A stretch of DNA of 64,000 bases from Candidatus Caldarchaeum sp. (GTDB taxonomy: Archaea; Thermoproteota; Nitrososphaeria_A; Caldarchaeales; Caldarchaeaceae): positions 1 to 64,000 of the forward strand of contig JAWBRA010000002.1 in assembly GCA_038844785.1 (NCBI GenBank), written 5' to 3'. This document shows, piece after piece, positions 28,590-37,555 of the stretch. Positions within the stretch are counted from its first letter, which is position 1. Every line of letters starts with the position of its first letter. A program made the translations under genes and the position numbers. A model generated the notes under the pieces. The model saw only the letters and a program-made list of their open reading frames with translations. It made no database searches and was not told the DNA's origin.

Positions 28590-30607
28590 GTTACTTTGTA
28601 GGCACCCGTCCTAGGCATGAAGACCCGGCCGTCGGTTATAAGACGGGTTAGTATCCTAGTTATCTCGTCATCCGACAGCCCTTCCTGGAGCAGCGAAGCC
28701 CTGAGCTCCTGCTCCGCTGCGTATCCGCTTTTTTCCTCAAATCTTTTTATCGTCTCTATCACAAGCTTCATCTTCTCTCTTACGCTTTTCGGCTTTCCTG
28801 TCATTATCACGTCTATGTCAGGTGCGCCGGTCTCGATGTCCACACCAACTTCTTGAAGGCTTCTTTTCATGAGGAGGATGGCGGCCGCCGCATCGTCCTC
28901 GTCGGCCTGCGTCTTCAAACCAGCCCTTGCATGCGCTTCAGTAAGCCTGATGAGGGATTCGAACTGCCGCGCAGTAATGCTTACAGTCGAAGTTTTTTCA
29001 TAGAGAGCCCTCATCTTAAGGTAAAACTCCTCAAGCACTTTCATAGCTTTAGACGTCACCGTTGGTTCAAACCTTTTAGCGTAGGCGATATACTTCCTTA
29101 GTATCTCCGGAGGTATTGGAGGAGCTCTTTCAGGCTCTCCAAGCTGGTGAAGGGCAGCTATGTGCGATGATATCTTTCTGTCCATGTCTGGGTTGGGCTC
29201 GTCCCTGAGGACGAATATCAGGTCAAACCTAGAGAGAATGGTTATAGGAAGGTTGACGTTTTCTGTAAAGTTTCTGTAGGTGTCATACCTGCCGTAGGCT
29301 GGGTTTGCAGCCGCTAGAACGGCTGTTCTGGCGTTTAACGTCGCCACTATGCCGCCTTTGGCTACGCTGACTGTTTGCTGTGCCATCGCCTCATGGATGG
29401 CCACCCTGTCCTCGGGACGCATCTTGTCTATTTCGTCTATGCAGCAGACACCCATGTCCGCCAAAACCATCGCGCCTGCTTCAAGAACCATGCCCCCTTC
29501 TTTCTCACGTATAACAGCGGCAGTCAAACCGGCGGCGGTGGACCCCCTTCCAGAGGTGTAAATACCACGCGGGGCTATTGAGGCCACGTACTGGAGCAGC
29601 TGGCTTTTCGCTGTTCCAGGGTCTCCGACGAGAAGTATGTTCAGGTCGCCTCTTACCCTTAAGCCGTCGGGGAATGTTTTTGACCGACCCCCAACCAGCA
29701 GGAGCAAAATTGCCTCCTTTATGTGGTCAAGGCCGTAAATCGAGGGAGCTATCGAGTCTACAAGCTTCCTTATTATAAACGGGTCTTCGGCCATTTTCTT
29801 AAACAGTTTTTCATCTTCCGGCGATATGTGTACCGCCTGAGGCTCCTTGCTCGCCGGTTCTATGCTGACGGCGTCTATGAATATCCTGAAGGTTTTTAAC
29901 GGGCTTTCTCCAGCCCTTTCCTGCACAGAGTCGACGATACCGGTCACTATAACCCTGTCTCCGGGCCTCGCTGTGTCAACTAGATCGTCTCTTGCCCTGA
30001 CCTCTATGACTCGGGGGAGCTGGCCAGGAGGCAGGTCCTCAGGCTTCTCCTGAACCCCGATTACCTGATAGTCCATGTATGTCGACTCTTCTGGAACCAG
30101 TTCGAAGCTTGGACGCTTGCTTCCCCTGCATGTTTTATCCCTACACGCTTCAGGCATCGACAGCCTCTGAGAATGCTGCTCAACCAGCTGTCTGTCGCCG
30201 CAGAACCTACATTTGAACACACCAGCCTTGAGGATTGGCTTCACGGCGGAGGCCTTTGATATCATGCCGTCAATCATCACAAGCTTCCTCAGATGCTCCG
30301 ACCTAACCTCTCTTATCGGAGTAACCGTCGGAAGCGCCATAATTCTCGCTGTAAACGAGCGGACAGAAGACGCATATTCAGGGTCTTCTATCTGCAGCTG
30401 TCTAAAGCAGGCCCTGTTCAAAACACCAAGCATGACGTTAGGGTTCTCCACAAGCTCCCGCGCAAACTCCTCGTCGAATTTTATTAAGTCGCTGAACTCC
30501 ACCGGTATGCTTCTTTTCTTTTTGGCGGTGGACTCGCGTAGAAGCTCGCGATACTTTTCAGATTTGAAGAAAGAAACCAGTTTTTCCTCAAGAGGTATTG
30601 TAGCCAT
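28586..30607 (-). CDS. mcm: Replicative helicase MCM (no intein)
   Basis: GQLPR, GDPGTAKSQ, AGLTAAV, IDEIDKM, LSRFD. Confidence 0.97.
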   Translation of the reverse strand: MATIPLEEKLVSFFKSEKYRELLRESTAKKKRSIPVEFSDLIKFDEEFARELVENPNVMLGVLNRACFRQLQIEDPEYASSVRSFTARIMALPTVTPIREVRSEHLRKLVMIDGMISKASAVKPILKAGVFKCRFCGDRQLVEQHSQRLSMPEACRDKTCRGSKRPSFELVPEESTYMDYQVIGVQEKPEDLPPGQLPRVIEVRARDDLVDTARPGDRVIVTGIVDSVQERAGESPLKTFRIFIDAVSIEPASKEPQAVHISPEDEKLFKKMAEDPFIIRKLVDSIAPSIYGLDHIKEAILLLLVGGRSKTFPDGLRVRGDLNILLVGDPGTAKSQLLQYVASIAPRGIYTSGRGSTAAGLTAAVIREKEGGMVLEAGAMVLADMGVCCIDEIDKMRPEDRVAIHEAMAQQTVSVAKGGIVATLNARTAVLAAANPAYGRYDTYRNFTENVNLPITILSRFDLIFVLRDEPNPDMDRKISSHIAALHQLGEPERAPPIPPEILRKYIAYAKRFEPTVTSKAMKVLEEFYLKMRALYEKTSTVSITARQFESLIRLTEAHARAGLKTQADEDDAAAAILLMKRSLQEVGVDIETGAPDIDVIMTGKPKSVREKMKLVIETIKRFEEKSGYAAEQELRASLLQEGLSDDEITRILTRLITDGRVFMPRTGAYKVT

Positions 30608-30608
30608 T

Positions 30609-31121
30609 CTACCCACCCTTAGGCGTCATAACCTTAATCCATCGTTCGACAACGCTGTAAACACGTTTGTAAAGCACCTCCTCTTCAGGCGTTAGTTTTT
30701 TCACTATGTCACCGTCAAGCCTCTTCGCCGCCAAGCCTATGATTTTCATCATCCTCATAGTTATGATGTCGGCTAGCCTTCGCGCAGTGTCTCTGTCGCC
30801 TTTTTCTGCCTCCCTCATCCATTCAATGTAGAAATGTTTGTCTAATGGTTGGATGTCGGCGGGGTTGTTTTTCTCACGCCACTCCAACTGCATGAGCTGG
30901 GTTGCCGTCAAAGGCTTGGAAACATATTCGGCATAGCCCATTGAGACAAGCACTTCAGCAACCCACTGCCAAACATTTACAACAGTGCCTTTCTTCAAAT
31001 CCTCAAACGTTTTCCCAGCATAGCTTAATTTGGCTACGTCAGCTGTCATCACAATTTTAATAGGTGTATGTAGGTATTCTAGACGAATTTCATCAACTAC
31101 TCTTTCGATGTCGTCGTCCAT
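30609..31121 (-). CDS. GINS subunit Gins23
   Basis: B domain VWQWVAEVL followed by helical domain RMMKII..LTPEE; directly upstream of mcm. Confidence 0.8.
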   Translation of the reverse strand: MDDDIERVVDEIRLEYLHTPIKIVMTADVAKLSYAGKTFEDLKKGTVVNVWQWVAEVLVSMGYAEYVSKPLTATQLMQLEWREKNNPADIQPLDKHFYIEWMREAEKGDRDTARRLADIITMRMMKIIGLAAKRLDGDIVKKLTPEEEVLYKRVYSVVERWIKVMTPKGG

Positions 31122-31232
31122 CTAAATCTATGGCTGAAAGACCCTACTTAAAGATAGCTTGTCTAAACCCCGGCTATATGCGGTCCATGATAGCTCGAAT
31201 AATACTTTTGTAGTGCTTGTTAGCGACAGTCC

Positions 31233-32246
31233 TTGATGAGGATAGCCGTCGTAGGCCTGGGTGTGGCTGGATCGTATCTCGTTAGGAGATTGTCGCAGTT
31301 GGGCTTTGATGTTGTGGGGTTTGAGAGACAGCCTCGCGAAGGTTTTAAAGCAATTTGTGCGTGGGGAACTGTAAGGCAGGTGGCGAAACAAATTCTTGAG
31401 AAGGTCGGCTTCAATTTCGAGGATTATCTTCTGCATCTAGGTGAGCACCTAACCTTGGACAACGGCAAACAGAGGTCGACAATCCCTTTGAAAGGTTTAT
31501 GCACTTACGACAAAGCCCGTCTTGAGCTCGACCTCACTAAAGGCCTTAGAGTTTTCTACGGCGTAACACCAGACCGTGAGAAACTTGTAAGAGAATTCGA
31601 CCTCGTCATAGACGCCACCGGTGTTTCACGAGCCCTTCTCCCCAGGCCAGCTCAGGACGAAGTTGTCCCCTGCTTTGAGTATAGAATAAAATATGGTGGG
31701 GAAAAGCCGTTAACAGATTTTTACGTCAAAATATTTAGAAACTGTAACGGCTATCTTTGGTATTTTCCGCTTGGCGACAACGAGGCCTACGTAGGCGCAG
31801 GCGACATTTCAAACAACCATGTCCGTGAAGTCAATGCCTTCGTCGCTCAAAACGGTGGAAAAATTGTCGGAAAATATGGTAGGGCGGTGAGGATAGCTCC
31901 TCCCGAGCTGAGTACTCCTTTCTCAAACGGTAAAATAGTCGGCGTAGGGGAGTCAATCGGCACCGTCTTCCCAATGCTCGGTGAAGGAATCCTCCCAAGC
32001 CTTGAATGTGCTGAAATCTTCCTCGAAACACTCGAGGAACCTGAGAGGTATGCTGGAAGAGTGCTTGAATTCTTCAAGCCTTACTCGGACATCTACAGGA
32101 TGGTTAAGCTTAAGCAGGCTGGGGAGCTAAACCTAGTCAGACATCTCCCCCTCATCATGCGCTGTTACAAGTATATGAAGGATAGAGAGGATAGGTTTGG
32201 GATGGTGATTAGAAAGAGCGACCTTTACTTAATACTGCAGTCGTAG
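31233..32246 (+). CDS. FAD-dependent oxidoreductase, geranylgeranyl reductase-like
   Basis: VVGLGVAG, DATG, GYLWYFP, GESIGTVFPMLGEGI. Confidence 0.8.
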   Translation: MMRIAVVGLGVAGSYLVRRLSQLGFDVVGFERQPREGFKAICAWGTVRQVAKQILEKVGFNFEDYLLHLGEHLTLDNGKQRSTIPLKGLCTYDKARLELDLTKGLRVFYGVTPDREKLVREFDLVIDATGVSRALLPRPAQDEVVPCFEYRIKYGGEKPLTDFYVKIFRNCNGYLWYFPLGDNEAYVGAGDISNNHVREVNAFVAQNGGKIVGKYGRAVRIAPPELSTPFSNGKIVGVGESIGTVFPMLGEGILPSLECAEIFLETLEEPERYAGRVLEFFKPYSDIYRMVKLKQAGELNLVRHLPLIMRCYKYMKDREDRFGMVIRKSDLYLILQS

Positions 32247-32304
32247 CTCGCAAGGTTTATAAAAAGCCTTTCAACCCGGTTTTGCAAGGTGGTCGGAGCT
32301 AAAG

Positions 32305-33525
32305 CTGGTTTGCCGAAACTGTGGAGCTGAGTTCCCCCCGGAGCTGAGAAACGTATGCGACAGATGCCTCGGCGCCCTTGACGTGGTCTATGAAAACGTA
32401 AGCCACGGCCTACGGGATAGGCTGAAGTCTAGCATCGTCAGAGGAGTTTGGCGCTATGCGGAGCTCCTGCCGGTCGACAAAAAGTTTTGGGTGGATATTG
32501 GCGCTGGAGGAACCCCGCTTGTCAAGGCACGGGAGCTTGCTAAAGCTGTTGGCATCCGAAACCTTTACATAAAAAACGACACGGTAAACCCGACTTTTTC
32601 GTTCAAAGACAGACCTGCCTCCGTAGCTGTCTCTAAGGCTAGAGAGTTCGGGATAGGTCTTGTCGGATGTGCGTCAACAGGCAACCTTGCGTCGGCAACC
32701 CTAGCCCATGCGGCAGCGGCCGGGTTGACAGGGTTTGTGTTAATGCCTGATACTGTGGAGCTGCCTAAGGTGAAGCAAGCCTCGGTTTACGGTGGCAGGG
32801 TTATATTAGTCGACGGAACCTACGACGACGTAAACAGGCTGGCCTACATACTCGTTGACAGGGCCGACGTAGGCATAGTAAACGTGAACCTAAGGCCTTA
32901 CTATGTAGAGGGGTCCAAGACCATGATTTTTGAAACTGTGGAGCAGCTGGGTTGGAGGGCTCCTCAACACCTCGTAGTTCCAATGGCCAGCGGCGCTTTG
33001 TTCGGAGCATTGCATAAAGGGCTTAAAGAAATGGAAAAGTTTGGAGTTATAAACTCAGCTGACACCGTGTTCCACGGAGTCCAGCCGGATGGATGCTCGC
33101 CAATCTCTAAAGCTTTTGAGACAGGTTCCGATGAGATAAAGCCTGTTAAAACACCGAACACCTTGGTTAAGAGCCTTGCAATAGGAGCTCCTGGCGACGG
33201 CCTATATGCCTTATCTGTCGCAAGAAATACTGGCGGAACCTGTCAAACCGTCTCCGACGAAGAGACTGTTGAGGCGGTAAAGCTTCTCAGCAAATACGCT
33301 GGAATATTCGCCGAGCCAGGGGGCGCTATCACCCTAGCCGCTGTTAAGAAAATGAGGGGTGAAGGTGTGTTAGATGAGGGTGATGAGGTTGTTTGCTGCG
33401 TTACGGGAGCAGGCTTCAAAGCAGACGAAGTCATAGAAAGGATAACTGGCTACATGCATGTGGTGCCAGCTAAACTAGACAACATCCTTGAGGCCCTGAA
33501 CACTAGCCATATTATAACAGAGTAA
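32305..33525 (+). CDS. thrC: Threonine synthase with N-terminal zinc ribbon (start probably non-canonical)
   Basis: NPTFSFKDR PLP lysine, ASTGN, EGSKT, EPGGA, VTG; frame extends upstream of the 32383 GTG through LVCRNC..CDRC. Confidence 0.9.
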   Translation: MVCRNCGAEFPPELRNVCDRCLGALDVVYENVSHGLRDRLKSSIVRGVWRYAELLPVDKKFWVDIGAGGTPLVKARELAKAVGIRNLYIKNDTVNPTFSFKDRPASVAVSKAREFGIGLVGCASTGNLASATLAHAAAAGLTGFVLMPDTVELPKVKQASVYGGRVILVDGTYDDVNRLAYILVDRADVGIVNVNLRPYYVEGSKTMIFETVEQLGWRAPQHLVVPMASGALFGALHKGLKEMEKFGVINSADTVFHGVQPDGCSPISKAFETGSDEIKPVKTPNTLVKSLAIGAPGDGLYALSVARNTGGTCQTVSDEETVEAVKLLSKYAGIFAEPGGAITLAAVKKMRGEGVLDEGDEVVCCVTGAGFKADEVIERITGYMHVVPAKLDNILEALNTSHIITE

Positions 33526-33533
33526 CCGTAGTT

Positions 33534-34052
33534 TTATTTCTTGAAGTATTTTTCCACCGGCTTCGTCGAGTACACCACTATTACTTCTTCTCTGAATTTT
33601 CTGTTTGGCACAAGTATTATGCATTCGTCGCCGGATATAACGACCCGTGTCAACGTAATGTCTATTATCTTGCCTCTCTTACCCTCCAACTCCACCTCGC
33701 TTCCTATGTTTATCCTCGGGTCTAGCGCTATTGATATGCCTGAAAGAATGTCTGAGACCCAGGGGACAAGCGCTAAAGCGAATAGAAGCCCAAGGGCGCC
33801 TGCGGTGGCCAAAACTCCTACTACAAACTCGAAGAATCTCCAGAGGTATGCAACGTATCCGACATAGCCCGCCGCCAACATGACCAAAACAACGTACAGA
33901 ATTTTCCTGTGTTCCTGCCTAAACCTTCTTCTAAGAATATATCTGATGGCTATAGCGATAACGGCAAACACTGCTGTCGCGGCTAGGGTTAACGAAAACG
34001 CGGCGGAAGACATGCATATCAATTTCCAATTTAGACTTTTTACCTTTTCCAA
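33534..34052 (-). CDS. Small MscS-family mechanosensitive channel
   Basis: Three TM helices, DILSGI, IGSEVE..GKIIDI..R..LVPN. Confidence 0.8.
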   Translation of the reverse strand: MEKVKSLNWKLICMSSAAFSLTLAATAVFAVIAIAIRYILRRRFRQEHRKILYVVLVMLAAGYVGYVAYLWRFFEFVVGVLATAGALGLLFALALVPWVSDILSGISIALDPRINIGSEVELEGKRGKIIDITLTRVVISGDECIILVPNRKFREEVIVVYSTKPVEKYFKK

Positions 34053-34086
34053 AACGCTCAGAGCTCAAGATCTAGATCACCGAATC

Positions 34087-34651
34087 AGCCTGGTCAGACT
34101 CATCATCGCAACACTAATTTGAACATTGGGTCTCTTAAGCCTTTTGCATGCAGAAGCTGCAAGCCAATCGATAGTGTCCGGATAAGGATGGTCAGCCGCC
34201 TCCATCCTTCATGCTTTGGTGGTATAAGGTTTGTTATTCCGTGTGAATGGCTTCTGGCGCTAAGCTTGTTGTTGAACACAGCCGTCCCCTCCTTCAGGTG
34301 TCTGAACAACCTCTCCCTTTGACGCTCATACTCTAGGCCAAGCCTCTGTAGAACCCATCGATACCATAGACCCTTATCGACCAAACCCCCGGCTTGTCAG
34401 CCCAAAGCCTTCTTAAGGCAGCTCCTGCCGTAAGAGCCAGCAACCCCTGGAACCTACGTCTACGGCTATGCATCTCCTTGCTTTAGGCTCGATGGCTAGG
34501 CTTAAGAGCTTGGAGACCATCCTAACGAAATTCATTAAGCGTAGGCCTACCGCTGGAAGGGTATACCGCTGTTATCCCGCCTGCATAGACGTCGACAGCA
34601 ACCCATACCCAGGCCCTCCCGACGAGATATGGAACAAACCCCTGACAGGCT
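34087..34651 (-). mobile_element. Decayed IS6-family insertion sequence
   Basis: Minus-strand fragments EPKARRCIAVD and VDKGLWYRWVLQRLGLEY..ERLFRHLKE..VFNNK resemble archaeal IS6 DDE transposases, with deletions and frameshifts; imperfect terminal IRs AGCCTGGTCAG (34087-34097) and CTGACAGGCT (34642-34651). Confidence 0.75.
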
Positions 34652-34850
34652 CATGGCTTATCTGCAATCCTACCTGGCATTATCCTTCTGAGGCTGAGCC
34701 CCTCCGGCCATAGACCTTCAGTTCTGGGATGTTTGGCTGGCTGGGCCGCTGTCCAGCCTAACCCCCTCTTCAACGGCTCTTCTACCCGCCGGTGGACTGT
34801 TCGGGCGAGAACACATTGTTTTTAAGGTTTTCGGAACGGGCTGGGCAAGG

Positions 34851-34936
34851 TTTAAATAAAAGCCTCAAACAATCAACGCCTTAAAACGGGCACGCCAAAC
34901 GGCGTAAAACCCCGAAAAACCCAGAAAAAACACAGC
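34851..34936 (+). promoter_or_regulatory. Putative CRISPR leader
   Basis: TTTAAATA box followed by A/C-run tract AAAACCCCGAAAAACCCAGAAAAAAC directly before the first repeat. Confidence 0.5.
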
Positions 34937-35029
34937 AGTAATCCCGCAAGAGGGAATTGAGATTTATAGACAGCACAATCCTGACGTTGATAAGCAACCG
35001 GAGTTGAGTGATCCCGCGAGAGGGAAGAG
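34937..35029 (+). CRISPR. Orphan mini-CRISPR: one intact repeat, one spacer, one degenerate repeat
   Basis: AGTAATCCCGCAAGAGGGAATTGAG (34937) and AGTGATCCCGCGAGAGGGAAGAG (35007); 70-bp period; TCCC/GGGA hairpin; ATTGAG 3' end like archaeal ATTGAAAG-type repeats. Confidence 0.6.
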
Positions 35030-35195
35030 TCTTCAATCTTTCGAAGTGGGAACGGTCGGGCAATCTCTCATAACCCTCGCGCCCTATACACCAGTCGTGT
35101 ATCTAAGGGAGAGCAGCATCCCCGGCTTAACACAGCTCATTAAGGCATCCGATACAGCGACTAGATAGCCGGCTAAGCCGGGATGTGACAGGTTT

Positions 35196-36182
35196 TCACA
35201 TGCTCCACAGACCGTCGGATATTGACGTCAATTTTTTCTTGACGGTTTTCCAGTCAGCATCTTCAGCTAGGCTATACTCTGTGGTTGTATGTTGGACTGC
35301 ATAGCCGGCTTCGGCGAGGAAGTCCAGGTGTGAGAGAGTTTCAAGTATTGCAAGCCATTTGTCGAACGGCCATAGGCTACTGTAGCTGCCTTTAGACCAT
35401 TTTATTTCGTTGGCGACCTCTAAAGGAGTCTTCATACCTCTCCGCAATGCTTGAGCTGTTTGAGAAAGCCTTTCAAAATGATGTGAGAAAATCTCCTTCA
35501 CACGGGGGCGGCAGTCCTTGAAGACAGCCCCATGCGAGGGCAGAATCAGGCTTACGTTAAGCCTCGCTACCCTGACGAGGCTCCTCAAATAATCTGAGAG
35601 AGGGTGATAGCCGTCTATCGGCACGTAGGCAACGTTTGAGGTATCGTCGCTCAATATCAGGTCTCCTGTGATTGCTGCTTCTTCGCCTACCAGAACGACG
35701 TGACCCGGTGTGTGGCCGGGAGTGTGCAAAACCCGCCAAGAGCCTAGCATCATGCCTTCGTAGGCAAATGCATCCGGCTCGGGAATGGTCTTTAGATAGC
35801 TTAAAGCCGCTTTCAAGGAGAAGAGCTCTTCTCCTTGAAAGATTCTTGACAGCCATGAGTCGGCCTTAAGAGCCTGTCTAAGTGTATGAAGTTCCTTTTC
35901 GTGGAAGACCAGCTTTGCGGCTTTGTTTGCTTTGACTGCGGATGCGCCGCCTGAATGGTCTAAGTGGAGATGGGTCAAAACAGTCTTTGAGATCATGTAT
36001 TTTTCAACTATGCGCAGTAGGTCGTTAACCGTTTTCCGATAGCCAGTGTCAACCAAATAGTAGCCGTCGATGTTCTTTAGTAAAAAGCATCTCACGGGTT
36101 TTTCAACGTCCATGTCGAGCTCTATTGCCTTAACCCCTGGGATGGGTTGCCAGACCTCAGTCAACCCAAGAAAACGTCTCAA
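35196..36182 (-). CDS. MBL-fold metallo-hydrolase with C-terminal wHTH-like domain
   Basis: LVDTG, THLHLDHSGG, TPGHTPGH, TGD, PSHG. Confidence 0.9.
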   Translation of the reverse strand: MRRFLGLTEVWQPIPGVKAIELDMDVEKPVRCFLLKNIDGYYLVDTGYRKTVNDLLRIVEKYMISKTVLTHLHLDHSGGASAVKANKAAKLVFHEKELHTLRQALKADSWLSRIFQGEELFSLKAALSYLKTIPEPDAFAYEGMMLGSWRVLHTPGHTPGHVVLVGEEAAITGDLILSDDTSNVAYVPIDGYHPLSDYLRSLVRVARLNVSLILPSHGAVFKDCRPRVKEIFSHHFERLSQTAQALRRGMKTPLEVANEIKWSKGSYSSLWPFDKWLAILETLSHLDFLAEAGYAVQHTTTEYSLAEDADWKTVKKKLTSISDGLWSM

Positions 36183-36226
36183 CGCATGATTTAACTCTCA
36201 AAACATGATGTTATTATAGAAGCTGG

Positions 36227-37432
36227 CTAGGTGTGAGGGTTCTTGCCTCGGAAGAAGACGTAGAAGAGGAATACAGCGACGCCGTAGAAGATTCCGCAGA
36301 GGTAGAAGGGTAGGGAGAGAGAAACATTCTGCATTAAATACCCTCCAACGGTAGGCGTAGCAGCGTTTGGAACACTCCATGTGATCGCCATCACGCCCGA
36401 CGAAGTCGCCCGCTCCTCAGGGTCGGTTAAACCTAGAATGAGCGATATGACGAGCGGGTTAACCATGTTCATAAACAAGCCTCTCAAAACGACGATAACC
36501 CCTGCTACGGCGTAACTTTCAGCAAGGGGGATCAAAACCAGCAATATTGTAGCAAGAGTCTGGGAATAAACTATTGTGCGAACTACTCCGAAGGATTCAG
36601 CAAGCCTTGGAGCCAAAAGGAAAGAAAACAAGAGAGTTATGTTTGCCACTGCATAAAGTGGCGCAAGCACGTTTTCATCAACTTTGAATCTGAGATAAAA
36701 CCAGTATGGAAAGAGGGGTATAACCAATCCAGCTCCCAACGCAAAAAGCGCCTGGACAACGCTGATTCTGCTTATGACGTGTATAGACTTTCTGGGAAGG
36801 AAGCTGCGTTTGCCGTCGACGACCAAATCTTCTTTGACTAAGGCGAAGACAGGTGCAGCGAACATGGGCATAATGGCTGCTACGGCGATCACAGGTTTGT
36901 AGGAATCCAACTCGTTGAATGCAAGCTGTGTTCTTAACAGGGGTGGAAGCCATGCCAGCAAAGACGCTGCAACAATTCCAATCATGTTGACAGCAGAGCT
37001 CAAGCTGAAGACAGCGTTTCTCCTCTCGGGCAGAGTAACGTTAGCCATCCAAGCAGAGAAAGGCGCGTAAAACATGCTCATGGCAAGCCCGAGTACTATG
37101 CTAACGAGGAGAACATGGATGAACCTCGTAAACACTATGTAGCCTAGAAAAGAAGCTCCAGCGAGAAGAGATGCGGACGTAACGAATTTTTTCCTGCCAT
37201 ATCTATCGGCCAGCATTCCAAGAGGCGGGGATAGAAAAGCCGCAGTAAGCTGTCCGGCTGTGATTATCATTCCTACTTGAGTTCCATCCATGCCAGCCTT
37301 GGCGAAGAATATGGGGAGAACCAGCTGCATCAAACCCATCTGAAACATGAAAAAAGCTTGACCAGTTATGAGTAACTTAACATCTTTGCCGAGTCCTACG
37401 AAGTACGAGAATGTCTTTATAAAGACCGTCAT
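36227..37432 (-). CDS. MFS transporter
   Basis: GMLADRYGRK motif A; about 12 TM segments. Confidence 0.9.
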   Translation of the reverse strand: MTVFIKTFSYFVGLGKDVKLLITGQAFFMFQMGLMQLVLPIFFAKAGMDGTQVGMIITAGQLTAAFLSPPLGMLADRYGRKKFVTSASLLAGASFLGYIVFTRFIHVLLVSIVLGLAMSMFYAPFSAWMANVTLPERRNAVFSLSSAVNMIGIVAASLLAWLPPLLRTQLAFNELDSYKPVIAVAAIMPMFAAPVFALVKEDLVVDGKRSFLPRKSIHVISRISVVQALFALGAGLVIPLFPYWFYLRFKVDENVLAPLYAVANITLLFSFLLAPRLAESFGVVRTIVYSQTLATILLVLIPLAESYAVAGVIVVLRGLFMNMVNPLVISLILGLTDPEERATSSGVMAITWSVPNAATPTVGGYLMQNVSLSLPFYLCGIFYGVAVFLFYVFFRGKNPHT

Positions 37433-37434
37433 CG

Positions 37435-37458
37435 GTTAACTGTTTGAAAACAGCTAAC
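37435..37458. promoter_or_regulatory. Palindromic operator candidate at the MFS gene start
   Basis: GTTAACTGTTT-GA-AAACAGCTAAC, 11-bp arms with one mismatch. Confidence 0.4.
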
Positions 37459-37555
37459 TTTAAGGGTATAGAACGGTTTTGGATTTAAGAGTAGTCCCAC
37501 TTTCAGCCATCTCTCAATCTTTTATGCCGGCGGTGGTAGAAGATATTGGCAGGTT

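Noticed and set aside
34444-34467. Minus-strand AGCCGTAGACGTAGGTTCCAGGGG resembles group II intron domain V
   Set aside because: The upper stem is missing, there is no RT and no GTGYG 5' end; it reads as IAVDV within the IS6 transposase relic.
34652-34820. HTH-like fragments (TVHRRV, GLSLRRI) beside the IS6 relic
   Set aside because: Too short and degenerate to assign to a gene family.
37433-37555. Replication origin next to cdc6
   Set aside because: Only ~120 bp, with no ORB-like repeats or AT-rich unwinding element visible.
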